Assembly: GCA_016715895.1 (NCBI GenBank)
Contig: JADJXH010000004.1
Span: 218,876-282,875, forward strand
Direction: 5' to 3'
DNA length: 64,000 bases
Source of the DNA: Flavobacteriales bacterium
GTDB taxonomy: Bacteria; Bacteroidota; Bacteroidia; Flavobacteriales_F; PHOS-HE28
Part shown: in pieces, positions 11,565 to 21,489 of the stretch
Layout of the letters: every line of letters starts with the position of its first letter
Position numbering within the stretch: position 1 is the stretch's first letter
Program-made: the position numbers and the translations under genes
Notes under the pieces: generated by a model
Told to the model about the DNA's origin: nothing
The model's database searches: none
Seen by the model: only the letters and a program-made list of their open reading frames with translations

Positions 11565-11641
11565 TTGATCCCTTGAGCCTTGATACTTGAAGCTTGAAGC
11601 TTGAAGCTTGCCTCGTCCGCCAAAGCCTTGGCGGAGGCGGG
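11565..11641. repeat. 7-bp tandem repeat array (TTGAAGC-like, 6-7 units) abutting a REP-like palindrome
   Basis: TTG recurs at 11573, 11580, 11587, 11594, 11601 and 11608, followed by cctcgtccgccaaagccttggcggaggcggg. Confidence 0.8.
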
Positions 11642-11642
11642 T

Positions 11643-11903
11643 TCAGCCTTGCGCCCCCGAGAACTCCTTGAAGAAGCCCACGATCCGCTTGCGGAAGAGC
11701 AGGAACAGCAACAGGTAGGGGACCGCCATCAGGTAGAGGATGCCCAGGTTGAGGCCACGGCCCACGTTCTGCTCGCCACCGAACGGTTGCTGCTGCCCCT
11801 CCACGGTGGCCTTGCACATGGCGCAGCCCTGGGCCAGCCCATCAGCCGGCAGGACCAGCAGCAGGGGTAACAGGAGCAGCAAAGGCCAGGCGCGGCGGAG
11901 CAC
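11643..11903 (-). CDS. Small membrane protein of the Bacteroidota cytochrome oxidase assembly cluster
   Basis: AQGCAMCKA...GLNLGILYLMAVPY pattern. GTG start at 11903, with a TACCTTTG -7 box at 11908-11915. Confidence 0.75.
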   Translation of the reverse strand: MLRRAWPLLLLLPLLLVLPADGLAQGCAMCKATVEGQQQPFGGEQNVGRGLNLGILYLMAVPYLLLFLLFRKRIVGFFKEFSGAQG

Positions 11904-11932
11904 GGGGCAAAGGTAGGCTGACACGCCCTGTC

Positions 11933-12490
11933 TCAGTAATACGGGCTGATCATCAGGTACACCACCACGCCGGTGACGCTCACATAGAACCACACGGGCC
12001 ACACCCGTTTGGCCAGGCGGCGGTGCTCCGGGTACTGCGCCGACAGCGCGCGGTAGGCCGTGAACAGGATGAAGGGCAGGCTGAGACCGGCCAGCACGAT
12101 GTGGCTGAAGAGGATCACGTAGTACACCAGCTTCACCGCGCCGGTGCCGCCAAAGGCCGTGTCGCCGGCGAAGAGGTGGTGGACGATGTAGCTCACCAGG
12201 AAGAGCACGCTGAGCGCCATCGCCGCCATCATGGCCGCGCGGTGGGCGGTCCAGCGGCCGGCCCTGGCGGTGAAGAGGCCCGCGAGCAGCAGCACGCTCA
12301 CCAGGCTGTTGAGCACCGCGTTGATGCGGGCGAAGACGTGCACGTCCAACCCCTCAGGCGCCGGCACCTGCACCCGGTTGAGCACCACCACCGCGGTGAA
12401 GACGATGGCCGAGAAGGTCCAGATGAGGCGTTTGGCGGGACGCTCCTCCAGGCGGAGGCTGCGGGGCGGATGGGCTTCGCGGGGGGGCAT
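11933..12490 (-). CDS. DUF420 membrane protein
   Basis: AHRAAM, FLVSYIVHH, ILFSHIVLA, HRRLAK and WFYVSVTGVVVYLMISPYY. Confidence 0.9.
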   Translation of the reverse strand: MPPREAHPPRSLRLEERPAKRLIWTFSAIVFTAVVVLNRVQVPAPEGLDVHVFARINAVLNSLVSVLLLAGLFTARAGRWTAHRAAMMAAMALSVLFLVSYIVHHLFAGDTAFGGTGAVKLVYYVILFSHIVLAGLSLPFILFTAYRALSAQYPEHRRLAKRVWPVWFYVSVTGVVVYLMISPYY

Positions 12491-12520
12491 GCGGGGTGAA
12501 CGCTCGGCGGGCGGCGGGGT

Positions 12521-13225
12521 TCACGAGCTGCGCTCGGCGGCTTCGCGCCGGCGCACCTTCTCCTCCTTCAGCAGCATCTTGATGTCGCCCGCCAGGCGGC
12601 CCACCTCGGCCGTGCTGGTGCCATCGTAGTAGCCGCGGATGTGGCGGTCCTTGTCCACCAGCACGAACATCTCCGAGTGCAGGAAGCCGTCCGGGGCCAT
12701 CACGTCCTCGCGGGCGGCCAGGAAGTAGCCTTCGCTGCCCAGCAGGTAGAGGTCGGCCTTGGGGCCGGTGAGGAACTTCCAGCGGGCGGTGTCGGCCTGG
12801 TGGCGGCGGGCGTAGGCGTTGAGCACCTCGGCCGTGTCGTTCTCCGGGTCCACGGTGTGGCTCAGGAACACCACGTCATCGAAGGCCTCGTCGTCGAGCT
12901 TGAGCTGCAGCTGCTGCATCTGGCGCGTCATGCGCGGGCAGATGGTGGTGCAGCGGGTGAAGAAGAAGTCGACCACCAGGATGCGGCCCTCCACATCGCG
13001 GTCGCTGAAGGGGCGGCCGAACTGGTCGGTGAAGGCGAAGGGCGGCACGGTGAAGTAGGTGGTGTCGCCGGGGGCGTTCACCTCCTTGGGGCCGTAGTAG
13101 GGCAGAAAGGCGTAGCGGTGCTTCGCCAGCCCCAGGGCCGGTGCGAAGAACAGGAACAGGAGCAGGATGAAGAGCGGGATGCCGCCCAGGATGGCGAGCT
13201 TCTTCCAGCGTGGCGCGGGGCGCAT
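12521..13225 (-). CDS. SCO1/SenC family copper chaperone
   Basis: FFFTRCTTICP (CxxxC), SHTVDPENDT and HSEMFVLVD. Confidence 0.92.
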   Translation of the reverse strand: MRPAPRWKKLAILGGIPLFILLLFLFFAPALGLAKHRYAFLPYYGPKEVNAPGDTTYFTVPPFAFTDQFGRPFSDRDVEGRILVVDFFFTRCTTICPRMTRQMQQLQLKLDDEAFDDVVFLSHTVDPENDTAEVLNAYARRHQADTARWKFLTGPKADLYLLGSEGYFLAAREDVMAPDGFLHSEMFVLVDKDRHIRGYYDGTSTAEVGRLAGDIKMLLKEEKVRRREAAERSS

Positions 13226-13233
13226 CCCTCGGC

Positions 13234-13605
13234 TCAGAGGAACTGCGTCCACAGGCTGTGGACATAGTTCGACTCCCAGATGGCGATGAAGAGCAGGTAC
13301 AGGATGAAGAGCGCGTAGGGCAGCAGGATGATCGCGCGGATGTTGCGGCGCTCATCGCCCAGGTGCATGAACACGGCCACGATGTAGCCCGCCTTCACCA
13401 GTGTGAGGACCACGTACAGCAGCTTGATGGTGTTCCACGCCGAGGCGTCGAACCACTCCTTCCAGTAGGCGCCCACGGCCACCTCGATGGTGGTGACCAC
13501 GGCCAGCAGGCCGGTCACCTGCCAGATCTTGCGGCGGATCCTGCGGCCCTCCTCCTCACCATGGTGGGCGTCCAGGCTGTACTCGATGATGTCGTCGCGC
13601 TCCAT
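13234..13605 (-). CDS. Cytochrome c oxidase subunit IV family protein
   Basis: LTLVKAGYIVAVFMHLGDER motif and three TM segments. Confidence 0.88.
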   Translation of the reverse strand: MERDDIIEYSLDAHHGEEEGRRIRRKIWQVTGLLAVVTTIEVAVGAYWKEWFDASAWNTIKLLYVVLTLVKAGYIVAVFMHLGDERRNIRAIILLPYALFILYLLFIAIWESNYVHSLWTQFL

Positions 13606-13606
13606 G

Positions 13607-14476
13607 TCAGAGGAGGTAGAAGAAGGTGAACACGAACACCCACACCAGGTCCACGAAGTGCCAGTACAGGCCGGCCTTCTCGACCATCTCGTAGTGGCCG
13701 CGGCGGTGGAAGACGCCCCGCATCACCATCAGCAGCACGATGAGGTTGATGACCACGCCGCTGAAGACGTGGAAGCCGTGGAAGCCGGTGATGAAGAAGA
13801 AGAAGTTGGCGTACTGGGGGGGGCCGTACTCGTTGCGCACCATGTTGGCCCCGTCGATGTAGGCCACGCGCTCGTTCCAGAGGGCCAGGGCCTCGGCGCC
13901 CTCCACATGGGCATGGTCGCCCTCGGCGGGCTTGAGGTAGTGGCCGGGCAGCGCCTTCACCAGGTGGAAGCCCGGGGCATTGGCCGGGTCGTGCGTATCG
14001 TGCGTGTCGTTGTGCACCCAGTATCTGGCGCCGTCGGCCGTGGTGATGTAGCCGCCGCCGCCATGGATGAAGTGGCTCCACTCCCAGGCCTGGCTGCCCA
14101 CGAAGAAGGCGCCGCCGATCACCGTGAGGAAGAGCCACTTGATGACGCCCTTCTTGTCCATCCGGTGCCCGGCCTCCACGGCCAGCACCATGGTGACGGA
14201 ACTGAAGATGAGGATGGCCGTCATCAGGGCCACGTAGATCAGCGGGTAGTCGCCGTGGAGGAAGGGCAGGGCGCGGAACACCTCCTCGCCGATGGGCCAG
14301 GTGTCCGTGGTGGCGTGGCGGGCGAAGCCATAGGCCACCAGCAGGCCGGAGAAGGTGAGGGCGTCGGACACCAGGAAGAACCACATCATCATCTTCCCGT
14401 AGCTGATGCTGAACGGGGAGCGCCCGCCGCCCCAGAGGACGTCGTTGCTCAGTGCCTTGGTCGCTTCTCCTGCCAT
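13607..14476 (-). CDS. Cytochrome c oxidase subunit III (CoxP-like)
   Basis: KMMMWFFLVSDALTF, FFFITGFHGFHV and GLYWHFVDLVWVFVF. Confidence 0.92.
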   Translation of the reverse strand: MAGEATKALSNDVLWGGGRSPFSISYGKMMMWFFLVSDALTFSGLLVAYGFARHATTDTWPIGEEVFRALPFLHGDYPLIYVALMTAILIFSSVTMVLAVEAGHRMDKKGVIKWLFLTVIGGAFFVGSQAWEWSHFIHGGGGYITTADGARYWVHNDTHDTHDPANAPGFHLVKALPGHYLKPAEGDHAHVEGAEALALWNERVAYIDGANMVRNEYGPPQYANFFFFITGFHGFHVFSGVVINLIVLLMVMRGVFHRRGHYEMVEKAGLYWHFVDLVWVFVFTFFYLL

Positions 14477-14501
14477 GGGTTCCGTTTGTCCGGCCGCAAA
14501 C

Positions 14502-15230
14502 CTAGTGAACGAAGGTCAAGAACAAAAAGAGGTAGACCCACAGGATGCCCAGGAAGTGCCAGTACATGGTACCGGCCCACAAACCGGCGTGGTCGGCCTG
14601 GGTGTAGGCGCCGCGGGCGGCCAGCACGAGCATCACCACAAGGCTCACCAGACCCAGGCCCAGGTGGGCCAGGTGGGCGGCCGTGAGGGCGTAGATGTAG
14701 GAGCTGGCCGTGTTCTTCTGCTCATCCAGATCGGCGTTCAATGCGGTCCGGCGCTGGGTGTCGTCCGGCATGTAGAACTTGCCATCCTCCAGCACCAGTT
14801 CCTGGCCCTGATGGCGGATCGTCCAGTCCTGGCCGTAGGTGCCGGTGTTCTGGAGCACCTTGCCCACCACGAAGTTGCCCTTGTCCACCAGCTGGCCCCA
14901 ACCTTGGAACTGGCTGACGGTGAAGCCGATGCCGAAGGCCAGCGTGAAGGCGATCAGGAGCGGCACGCCGCCCATCTCGCCGCGGCGGACCCGCGTCAGG
15001 GCCATCTGGATGAAGAGGCTGCTGACAGCGATGCACCCGGTGCTCACCAGGAAGGCATCGGGCAGGCGGATGTCCACCCAGTAGCCTCCGCTCATGCTCA
15101 CCACGTAGGCGCTGGTGAGCCCCGCGAAGAACATCACGATGGCGAAGAGCAGAAGCCAGGTGAGGAGCTTGCGGGCCTTGAGCTTGCGCGGAAGGTCCTC
15201 GATGGCCGGGGAGTAGGTGAAGGTGGTCAT
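14502..15230 (-). CDS. Cytochrome c oxidase subunit III (CoxO-like)
   Basis: MFFAGLTSAYVV, AHLAHL and MYWHFLGILWVYLF. Confidence 0.9.
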   Translation of the reverse strand: MTTFTYSPAIEDLPRKLKARKLLTWLLLFAIVMFFAGLTSAYVVSMSGGYWVDIRLPDAFLVSTGCIAVSSLFIQMALTRVRRGEMGGVPLLIAFTLAFGIGFTVSQFQGWGQLVDKGNFVVGKVLQNTGTYGQDWTIRHQGQELVLEDGKFYMPDDTQRRTALNADLDEQKNTASSYIYALTAAHLAHLGLGLVSLVVMLVLAARGAYTQADHAGLWAGTMYWHFLGILWVYLFLFLTFVH

Positions 15231-16117
15231 GAGCGGTCCAGCACGTAGGCGAGCTGCACCGCCGGGAGGTAGAGGAAGCTGGCGAACATCAGGCGTCGGG
15301 CCTGGCGCGTGTCGCCGGTGCGGTAGAGCTTCCAGGCGGGCACCAGCATCACCAGGCCGGCCACGATGGCCACGACCGGCGCCACGGTCCCCACACGATC
15401 GAACACCCAGGGCAGCATGCCGACGGGGATAACGAACAAGGTGTACAAAAGGATCAGGAAGGCGCTGGACCGGTCACGCTCCCCGCTGGGCAACAGGCGG
15501 AAGCCGGCGCGGGCGTAATCGTCGTGCAGCACCCAGGCGATGGCCCAGAAGTGGGGGAACTGCCACATGAACTGGCCGGCGAAGAGCAGGCCGGGGGTGA
15601 GCCCGAACTGGCCGGTGGCGGCCACATGGCCGAGCATGGGCGGAAAGGCACCGGGGAAGGCCCCCACGAACACGGCCCAGGGGCTGAGGCGCTTCATCGG
15701 GGTGTAGAGGGCCACGTACATGAAGAGGCTCAGCAGCCCGAGGATGGCGGTGAGCACCCCGAAGGCCGCCCACAGCATCCACAGGCCGGCGATGCCCGCC
15801 GCAGTGGCCAGCACCAGGGCGGTGGTCACGCTCATGCTGCCGCGCACCAGGGGCCGTTCGGCGGTGCGCTGCATCAGCGCGTCGGTGTTCAGCTCCCACA
15901 CCTGGTTGAAGGCGTTGCTGGCCCCGGTGACCAGGGTGCCGGCGAGCAGCAGCAGCAGCAGGCCGCCCACGTCGAGCGCGCCGGCCGGGCTGCCCATCCA
16001 ATAGCCGAGACCGGCGGAGAAGACCACCAGGCTGGCCAGGCGCAGTTTGAACAAGGCGGCCGCGTCGCGCAACAGGCCCACGGGGGCGGTGACGGCGGTG
16101 GCGGAGGAGCGCTGCAC
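15227..16117 (-). CDS. cyoE: Protoheme IX farnesyltransferase (heme O synthase)
   Basis: NAFNQVWE..DALMQRTAERPL, YTPMKR, VGAFPGAFPP and WQFPHFWAIAW. Confidence 0.95.
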   Translation of the reverse strand: MQRSSATAVTAPVGLLRDAAALFKLRLASLVVFSAGLGYWMGSPAGALDVGGLLLLLLAGTLVTGASNAFNQVWELNTDALMQRTAERPLVRGSMSVTTALVLATAAGIAGLWMLWAAFGVLTAILGLLSLFMYVALYTPMKRLSPWAVFVGAFPGAFPPMLGHVAATGQFGLTPGLLFAGQFMWQFPHFWAIAWVLHDDYARAGFRLLPSGERDRSSAFLILLYTLFVIPVGMLPWVFDRVGTVAPVVAIVAGLVMLVPAWKLYRTGDTRQARRLMFASFLYLPAVQLAYVLDRS

Positions 16118-16145
16118 GGGGAGGCGGGGGTGTTCCGGAGCGGCG

Positions 16146-16153
16146 CAAAGGTA
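16146..16153 (-). promoter_or_regulatory. Bacteroidota -7 promoter element upstream of cyoE
   Basis: Exact TACCTTTG (TAnnTTTG) on the minus strand. Confidence 0.65.
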
Positions 16154-16174
16154 GCCCTTCGGCCGGCTCGCGGC

Positions 16175-17773
16175 TCAGGGCCTTCCGGTGCGCAGCTGCT
16201 GGTCGGTGTAGCGGTCGCGGAAGGTGGCGGCGATGCCGACGCGCACCCAGTGCTGCACCTGGGTCTCCCCCAGCTCGGGCACGAAGGAGCGGAACACATA
16301 GGCCGCCTCCAGCTGCAGGCCGGCCCGCTCGCTGAGCACATAGGCGCCGCGCAGCTCGTTGTGCAGCAGGTTGGCCTGCACCGGCGCCGCCAGGTAGAAG
16401 CCGTAGTTCTCCAGACGGCCTTCGGCATCGCGTACCGGGCGGTCCTTCTCCGGGCGGTACAGGTCGCTGCCCCAGGAGTAGAGGCCGGTGTCCACCCCCA
16501 TCACCGCGAAGCTGATGTGCTCCCGCAGGCTCCAGCGCCCGCGCCGCCAATCCACGATGGCGAGCGACTCGTGGAAGTTGCTGCCGTAGGGGTGCGCCAG
16601 CGGCTGGGCGAAGTGGGCGTGGTTCTGCCGCGTATCGCTGTGGGTGTACATGAAGGGCCGCACGTAGTTGAACTCCAGCCGCACATCGAGCCCCTTCACC
16701 TTGAACGCGTCATAGGAGATCCAGCCGAGCTGGAAGCCCTGCTTGTTGGCGAACCAGCCCTCCCCGCCGCGCACCTCGCGCAGCAGGAATTCGTCCAGCA
16801 CCAGCTGGCTGTAGAACAGGCTCTGCCAGCCGGCCTTGATGTTGAGGGCGAAGCCGAGGATGGCGTTGTCCGGCGAGCCCAGCCCGAACTCGATCGGGCG
16901 ATAGAAGATCACCGGGTTCCAGTAGTTGAAGTCGAAGCCTCGGGGGTAGTTCGGGTCGTTGTCCTGCCAGATCACCGCCTCGAAGAGCCCGAAGTTGATC
17001 CGCGGGGTCACGTTGTAGCTGAGGTAGTGCATGCTGGTGGCCTTCCGCTGGAACCGGCGGGGCACCCCGTCCGCGCCACGGATGTCGTCCATCAGGGCGT
17101 AGAGGTTCACATAGCGCACCTTCCAGAAGGTGGTGGCGATGCGCAGATAGGGGTAGCTGGTGGCGTTGTCCGACAGCATCAGCGAGCGATGGCCCTCGCC
17201 CCAGAAGTTGCGGCCGCGCCCCACGGTGATGTTGAAGTAGGTGGAGGTGGTCCAGTTGAGGTGGGCGTTCCAGTCGTAGTGCGCGTAGGTGGGCGCGGTG
17301 CCGTAGGCGTAGCCCTCGGAGGGGGCGGCCCCGGAGGCCTGCACCAGGGTGTCCAGGTGGGCGGGAAAGCGTTCCAGCCAGCCCATGCCGTCGGCGTGCA
17401 GGGTCAGCGAGGGATGCAGGTCCACCTCGGCCCAGCCGCCGGCGCCCAGGCGGTAGGCCGGGTCGGTGGTGCGGGCGCTGGAGAGGCCACCGAGCAGGTC
17501 CACGAGCGGGGCACCACGGAAGCGGCCGCTGTCGCCACGGGCCCAGCGGTCCAGGAAGGGCAGCGCACCGGGGCGCGGCATCGTGTCGGCACCGGGCAGG
17601 GCGGCGAGGTCGCTGCGCAGGTAGGGCCGAACGGCGGTGTGCTGGTCGCCCTTCCAGCGGTGCAGGGCGGCGGCATAGGGGGCCTCCAGGGTACGGCTCA
17701 GGGGGAAGAGGCCCGGCTGGGCGGAAGCGGCAGTGGCCCACAGCAGCAGGCCGGACAGGAGCAGCGGCCTCAT
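16175..17773 (-). CDS. Outer-membrane protein, Wzi/RemB-like
   Basis: Signal peptide MRPLLLS; GRGRNFWGEGHRSLMLSDNA, YWNPVIFYRP and QPLAHPYGSNF; paralogous to 18895-20457. Confidence 0.6.
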   Translation of the reverse strand: MRPLLLSGLLLWATAASAQPGLFPLSRTLEAPYAAALHRWKGDQHTAVRPYLRSDLAALPGADTMPRPGALPFLDRWARGDSGRFRGAPLVDLLGGLSSARTTDPAYRLGAGGWAEVDLHPSLTLHADGMGWLERFPAHLDTLVQASGAAPSEGYAYGTAPTYAHYDWNAHLNWTTSTYFNITVGRGRNFWGEGHRSLMLSDNATSYPYLRIATTFWKVRYVNLYALMDDIRGADGVPRRFQRKATSMHYLSYNVTPRINFGLFEAVIWQDNDPNYPRGFDFNYWNPVIFYRPIEFGLGSPDNAILGFALNIKAGWQSLFYSQLVLDEFLLREVRGGEGWFANKQGFQLGWISYDAFKVKGLDVRLEFNYVRPFMYTHSDTRQNHAHFAQPLAHPYGSNFHESLAIVDWRRGRWSLREHISFAVMGVDTGLYSWGSDLYRPEKDRPVRDAEGRLENYGFYLAAPVQANLLHNELRGAYVLSERAGLQLEAAYVFRSFVPELGETQVQHWVRVGIAATFRDRYTDQQLRTGRP

Positions 17774-18888
17774 GGCGTGGCGCGCCGCTGTGGCAGGGCG
17801 AAGGGCAGCAGCGCGAGCACCACGGCCGTGCTGCCCAGCACCATCAGGCCCACATTGGGGTGCCACTTGCGGGTGAGCAGGCTGAGCCCGATGATGGTGA
17901 GGGCGTAGGCGTAGAGGGCGAACGTGGTGCGGCGGTGGCCCAGGCCCATGTCCATCAGGCGGTGGTGGATGTGGTTGCGGTCGGCGGCCAGGGGCGACAC
18001 CCCGCGGGCGGTGCGCACGATGAAGATGCGCAGCGTGTCCACCAGCGGGTAGGCGATGACGGCCATGGTGAAGATGGGCGTGGGGATCTGCCGCAGCGGC
18101 AGCGGCAGGCGGCTGGTGTCGTGGTCCACCACCTTCATGGCCAGCACGGCGATGATGGCGCCGATGATCAGCGAGCCACTGTCGCCCATGAAGATGCGCG
18201 CCGGGTGGAAGTTGAACACCAGGAAGCCCACCAGCGCGCCGGCCAGCACGAAGGCCAGCAGGCTCAGGGCGATGTCACCGGCCATGTACAGCCACACACC
18301 GTAGACCGTGGCGGCGATGAGGCCGATGCCGCCCGCCAGGCCGTCCACCCCGTCGATCAGGTTGAAGGCGTTCACCAGCACCACGTAGGTGAAGAAGCTC
18401 AGCGCGATGCTCATCGCCGTGGGCAGCTCGTACACGCCGAACAGGCCGTGCATGTCGGTGATGCGGATGTCGGCGGTGATCACCAGGATGTAGCCCACGA
18501 TCATGTGGCCCACCAGCTTCTTCACGGGGCTGAAGCCGATGATGTCGTCCTTGACGCCGATGAAGAAGAGCAGCACCATGGCCGCCAGCACGAACTTGAA
18601 GTCCTTGTAGGCCTGCCCCATGGCCTGGTAGAGGGCCTTGTAGCCCTCACCGTCCTCGCCGATCAGGGCGGCCTGAGGGAACCAGAGGGCATAGGAGAAG
18701 ATGACGGCGGCGAAGATGATGATGCCGCCGATGGTGGGCACGCTGCGGTGGTGCACCTTGCGCGCATCGCCGGGCTCGTCCACCAGGTGCTTCAGCCGGG
18801 CCACCTTGATGAGGCTGGGCATGGTGAAGAGCACCACGATGAAGGCCGTCACCGCGCCGAGGATCAGGATGTAGCCGTGCTCCTTCAT
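17770..18888 (-). CDS. MraY/WecA-family undecaprenyl-phosphate glycosyl-1-phosphate transferase (GT4)
   Basis: VPTIGG, IGVKDDI, NAFNLIDGVDGLA, IFMGDSGS and DRNHIHHRL. Confidence 0.92.
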   Translation of the reverse strand: MKEHGYILILGAVTAFIVVLFTMPSLIKVARLKHLVDEPGDARKVHHRSVPTIGGIIIFAAVIFSYALWFPQAALIGEDGEGYKALYQAMGQAYKDFKFVLAAMVLLFFIGVKDDIIGFSPVKKLVGHMIVGYILVITADIRITDMHGLFGVYELPTAMSIALSFFTYVVLVNAFNLIDGVDGLAGGIGLIAATVYGVWLYMAGDIALSLLAFVLAGALVGFLVFNFHPARIFMGDSGSLIIGAIIAVLAMKVVDHDTSRLPLPLRQIPTPIFTMAVIAYPLVDTLRIFIVRTARGVSPLAADRNHIHHRLMDMGLGHRRTTFALYAYALTIIGLSLLTRKWHPNVGLMVLGSTAVVLALLPFALPQRRATP

Positions 18889-18894
18889 GGGCGG

Positions 18895-20457
18895 TCAAAA
18901 GTCGGCATACCGGTTGAACAGCGCCATGCGGAAGGCGGCGTAGAGGTGGCCGCTGTTCTGTTGGTCGGGCGCCGGGCTCAGGTCGCGCATCGAGTAGCCG
19001 ATGGTGAACCGCATGTTGCTCATTTGGTTGATGAGGTAGCTGGCGTTGAGCTCCAGGTAGGTGAGCTGGCGGACGATGGGCCCGTCCGGCAGGGCCGAGA
19101 GCTGATCGGGCAGCAGCAGGTCGCTGCCATGGTTGGCGGCCAGGCTGTCGGGGCCGTCCGTGCGATAGGTGGCCAGGTTCAGCTTGGCCTGCAGCAGCAC
19201 CTTGCCGCGGATGCGATGGTCCAGGATCACGACGGCCTCGTCGAAGTTCGCGCCGTACGGATGCGCCAGGGGCTGCTGCGTGTGGGTGTACGCGGTGAGC
19301 GCATCCCGCTGCATGTACAGGAAGGGCTGGGCGCTGTTGTACTCGGCCTGCAGGTGCATGTCGAGGCCGAAGAGGTCGAACCAGCGGAAACCGGCCTGCC
19401 AACCGTAGCGACCAGGCTTGTCGGTGACGCCCTGGCCGTACACGTACAGCTTGTCGGTGAGCTTCACGCGCAGGTCGAGGCCCAGCACCTGCTTGTGGTC
19501 GCCGTCAAAGCCGTTCACCAGCGTGTTGATGCCGATCACCGGGTTCAGGGTGAGGGCGTTGAACGGGCGCACGCCGCTGCTGTCGATGCGCTTGAAGATC
19601 GTGGCCTCGAAGAGGCCGACCGTCACGCGTCCCAGGTCGAGGCTCAGGTGGGTGAAGGTGGCGCGCTTCCACAGGAAGAGGCTCTCACTGCTCTCGCCGG
19701 TGGGCAGGCGTTGGAGCATGTTGAGCTGGGCGTAGATCGTGCTGTACTGCAGGCGGTCCTTCCAGCCCAGGTGGCTCAGCTTCAGGAAGGGATAGGTGGG
19801 GCTGGCATCGCTCAGCAGCATGCTCCGGTAGCCGTGGCCCACCTGGTGGCGCCCCTGTCCCAGCTGCACGTTCAGCCAGCGGCGCGGCGTCCAGCTCACG
19901 TTGCCCATGGCCCAGGCGTAGTCGAAGGCACGGCCGTTGAAGGGTTTCACCCGGGCCTCGCCGGGCACCACGCCCAGCTCGCGGGTCCTGTTCCACAGGT
20001 ATTGCGGATAGATGGCCTGGTTCTCGAAGAAGGCGGTCTGGAAGGAGAAGCGCGGGCCCAGGTCCCCGGCGACCCAGAAGCCGCGCGTGTTGCGGTAGAA
20101 GCGGGTGGTGTCGGCGAAACGGCTCTGGTCGCGGAAGTCCTGACCGAGCTGGAGGTCGAGCATCAGGTCGGCGTGCAGGCGCACACCCTTCTTACGCACC
20201 TGCAGCAGGTGGCGGCGGAAGAGCACCTCGGTGAGCCAGTAGTAGCGCCGGGTGCTGTCGGGGCGGAAGCCCATCACACCGGTGAGGTCGGCGCGGCTCT
20301 GGATCACGGGCTTCAGCCCGGTGTGGATGCGCGCGGTGCGGCAGGCCGCGCTGCGTTCCACGTCCAGGTAGATGTCGCGCTGCAGGGGGATGTCGTTCTG
20401 CTGGGCGGCGACGCGCAGGGCCAGGGGCAGCAGCAAGAGGAGCAGGCGGCGGCGCAT
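18895..20457 (-). CDS. Outer-membrane protein, Wzi/RemB-like (second paralog)
   Basis: Signal peptide MRRRLLLLL; GQGRHQVGHGYRSMLLSD, LNPVIG and QPLAHPYGANF. Confidence 0.6.
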   Translation of the reverse strand: MRRRLLLLLLPLALRVAAQQNDIPLQRDIYLDVERSAACRTARIHTGLKPVIQSRADLTGVMGFRPDSTRRYYWLTEVLFRRHLLQVRKKGVRLHADLMLDLQLGQDFRDQSRFADTTRFYRNTRGFWVAGDLGPRFSFQTAFFENQAIYPQYLWNRTRELGVVPGEARVKPFNGRAFDYAWAMGNVSWTPRRWLNVQLGQGRHQVGHGYRSMLLSDASPTYPFLKLSHLGWKDRLQYSTIYAQLNMLQRLPTGESSESLFLWKRATFTHLSLDLGRVTVGLFEATIFKRIDSSGVRPFNALTLNPVIGINTLVNGFDGDHKQVLGLDLRVKLTDKLYVYGQGVTDKPGRYGWQAGFRWFDLFGLDMHLQAEYNSAQPFLYMQRDALTAYTHTQQPLAHPYGANFDEAVVILDHRIRGKVLLQAKLNLATYRTDGPDSLAANHGSDLLLPDQLSALPDGPIVRQLTYLELNASYLINQMSNMRFTIGYSMRDLSPAPDQQNSGHLYAAFRMALFNRYADF

Positions 20458-20494
20458 CAGCGGGGAAGGCCCGCCGAAGGTAGCCGATGCCGGA

Positions 20495-20521
20495 AAAGCA
20501 AAAGCCCCGGCGGACCGGGGC
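20495..20521 (-). terminator. Intrinsic terminator after gmd-fcl
   Basis: GCCCCGG-4 nt-CCGGGGC stem followed by TTTTGCTTTT on the minus strand. Confidence 0.75.
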
Positions 20522-20545
20522 CTCGATGCGTTCATGGTCCAGGCC

Positions 20546-21484
20546 TCACACCTTCGCCAGCTCGCTCTTGGCGAACTCGGCGTACACGGCGGTGATGCCC
20601 TCGCGCAGCCCGATGCGGTGCTTCCACCCCAGGTTGTGCAGGCGGCCCACGTCCATCAGCTTGCGCGGGGTGCCATCGGGCTTCTCGGTGTTCCACTTCA
20701 GTTCACCGGTGTAGCCCACGATCTCCTTGATCATTTCGGCCAGGGCCTTGATGGTGAGGTCCTCGCCCGTGCCGATGTTCAGGAAGAGCTCCTCGTCGTA
20801 GTTCTTCATGAGGAAGTAGCAGGCATCGGCGAGGTCGTCCACATGGAGGAACTCGCGCATGGGCGAACCCGTGCCCCACACCTCCACGCTCGGCGCGACC
20901 GTCACCTTGGCGGTGTGGAACTTGCGGATGAGCGCCGGCAGCACGTGGCTGTTGTTGAGGTCGTAGTTGTCGTTGGGCCCATAGAGGTTCGTGGGCATCG
21001 CACTGATGTAGTTGCACCCGTACTGGCGGCGGTAGCTCTCGGCCAGCTTGATGCCTGCGATCTTGGCGATGGCGTAGGGCTCGTTGGTCTGCTCCAGCAG
21101 GCCGGTGAGCAGGCTCTCCTCCTTAAGCGGCTGGGGCGCCATCTTCGGATAGATGCACGAGGAGCCCAGGAAGAGCAGCTTCTTCACCCCGTGCTCGTAG
21201 GCCGAGTGGATGATGTTGCTCTCGATCATCAGGTTCTCGTACAGGAACTGGGCGCGGTACACGTTGTTGGCGTGGATGCCTCCCACCTTGGCCGCGGCGA
21301 GGTACACGTACGCGGGTTTCTCCTGGGCGAAGAAGTCGCGCACGGCCTGCTGCTCCTTCAGGTCGAGCTCCTTGCTGGTGCGCACCACGATGTTGGTGTG
21401 GCCCTCGGCCTGCAGCTTGCGCACGATGGCGCTGCCCACCATGCCGCGGTGGCCGGCCACGTAGATCTTGTCTTGCTTGTTCAT
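20546..21484 (-). CDS. fcl: GDP-L-fucose synthase
   Basis: [36 protein letters not shown] and [10 protein letters not shown]. Confidence 0.96.
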   Translation of the reverse strand: MNKQDKIYVAGHRGMVGSAIVRKLQAEGHTNIVVRTSKELDLKEQQAVRDFFAQEKPAYVYLAAAKVGGIHANNVYRAQFLYENLMIESNIIHSAYEHGVKKLLFLGSSCIYPKMAPQPLKEESLLTGLLEQTNEPYAIAKIAGIKLAESYRRQYGCNYISAMPTNLYGPNDNYDLNNSHVLPALIRKFHTAKVTVAPSVEVWGTGSPMREFLHVDDLADACYFLMKNYDEELFLNIGTGEDLTIKALAEMIKEIVGYTGELKWNTEKPDGTPRKLMDVGRLHNLGWKHRIGLREGITAVYAEFAKSELAKV

Positions 21485-21489
21485 CTGTC

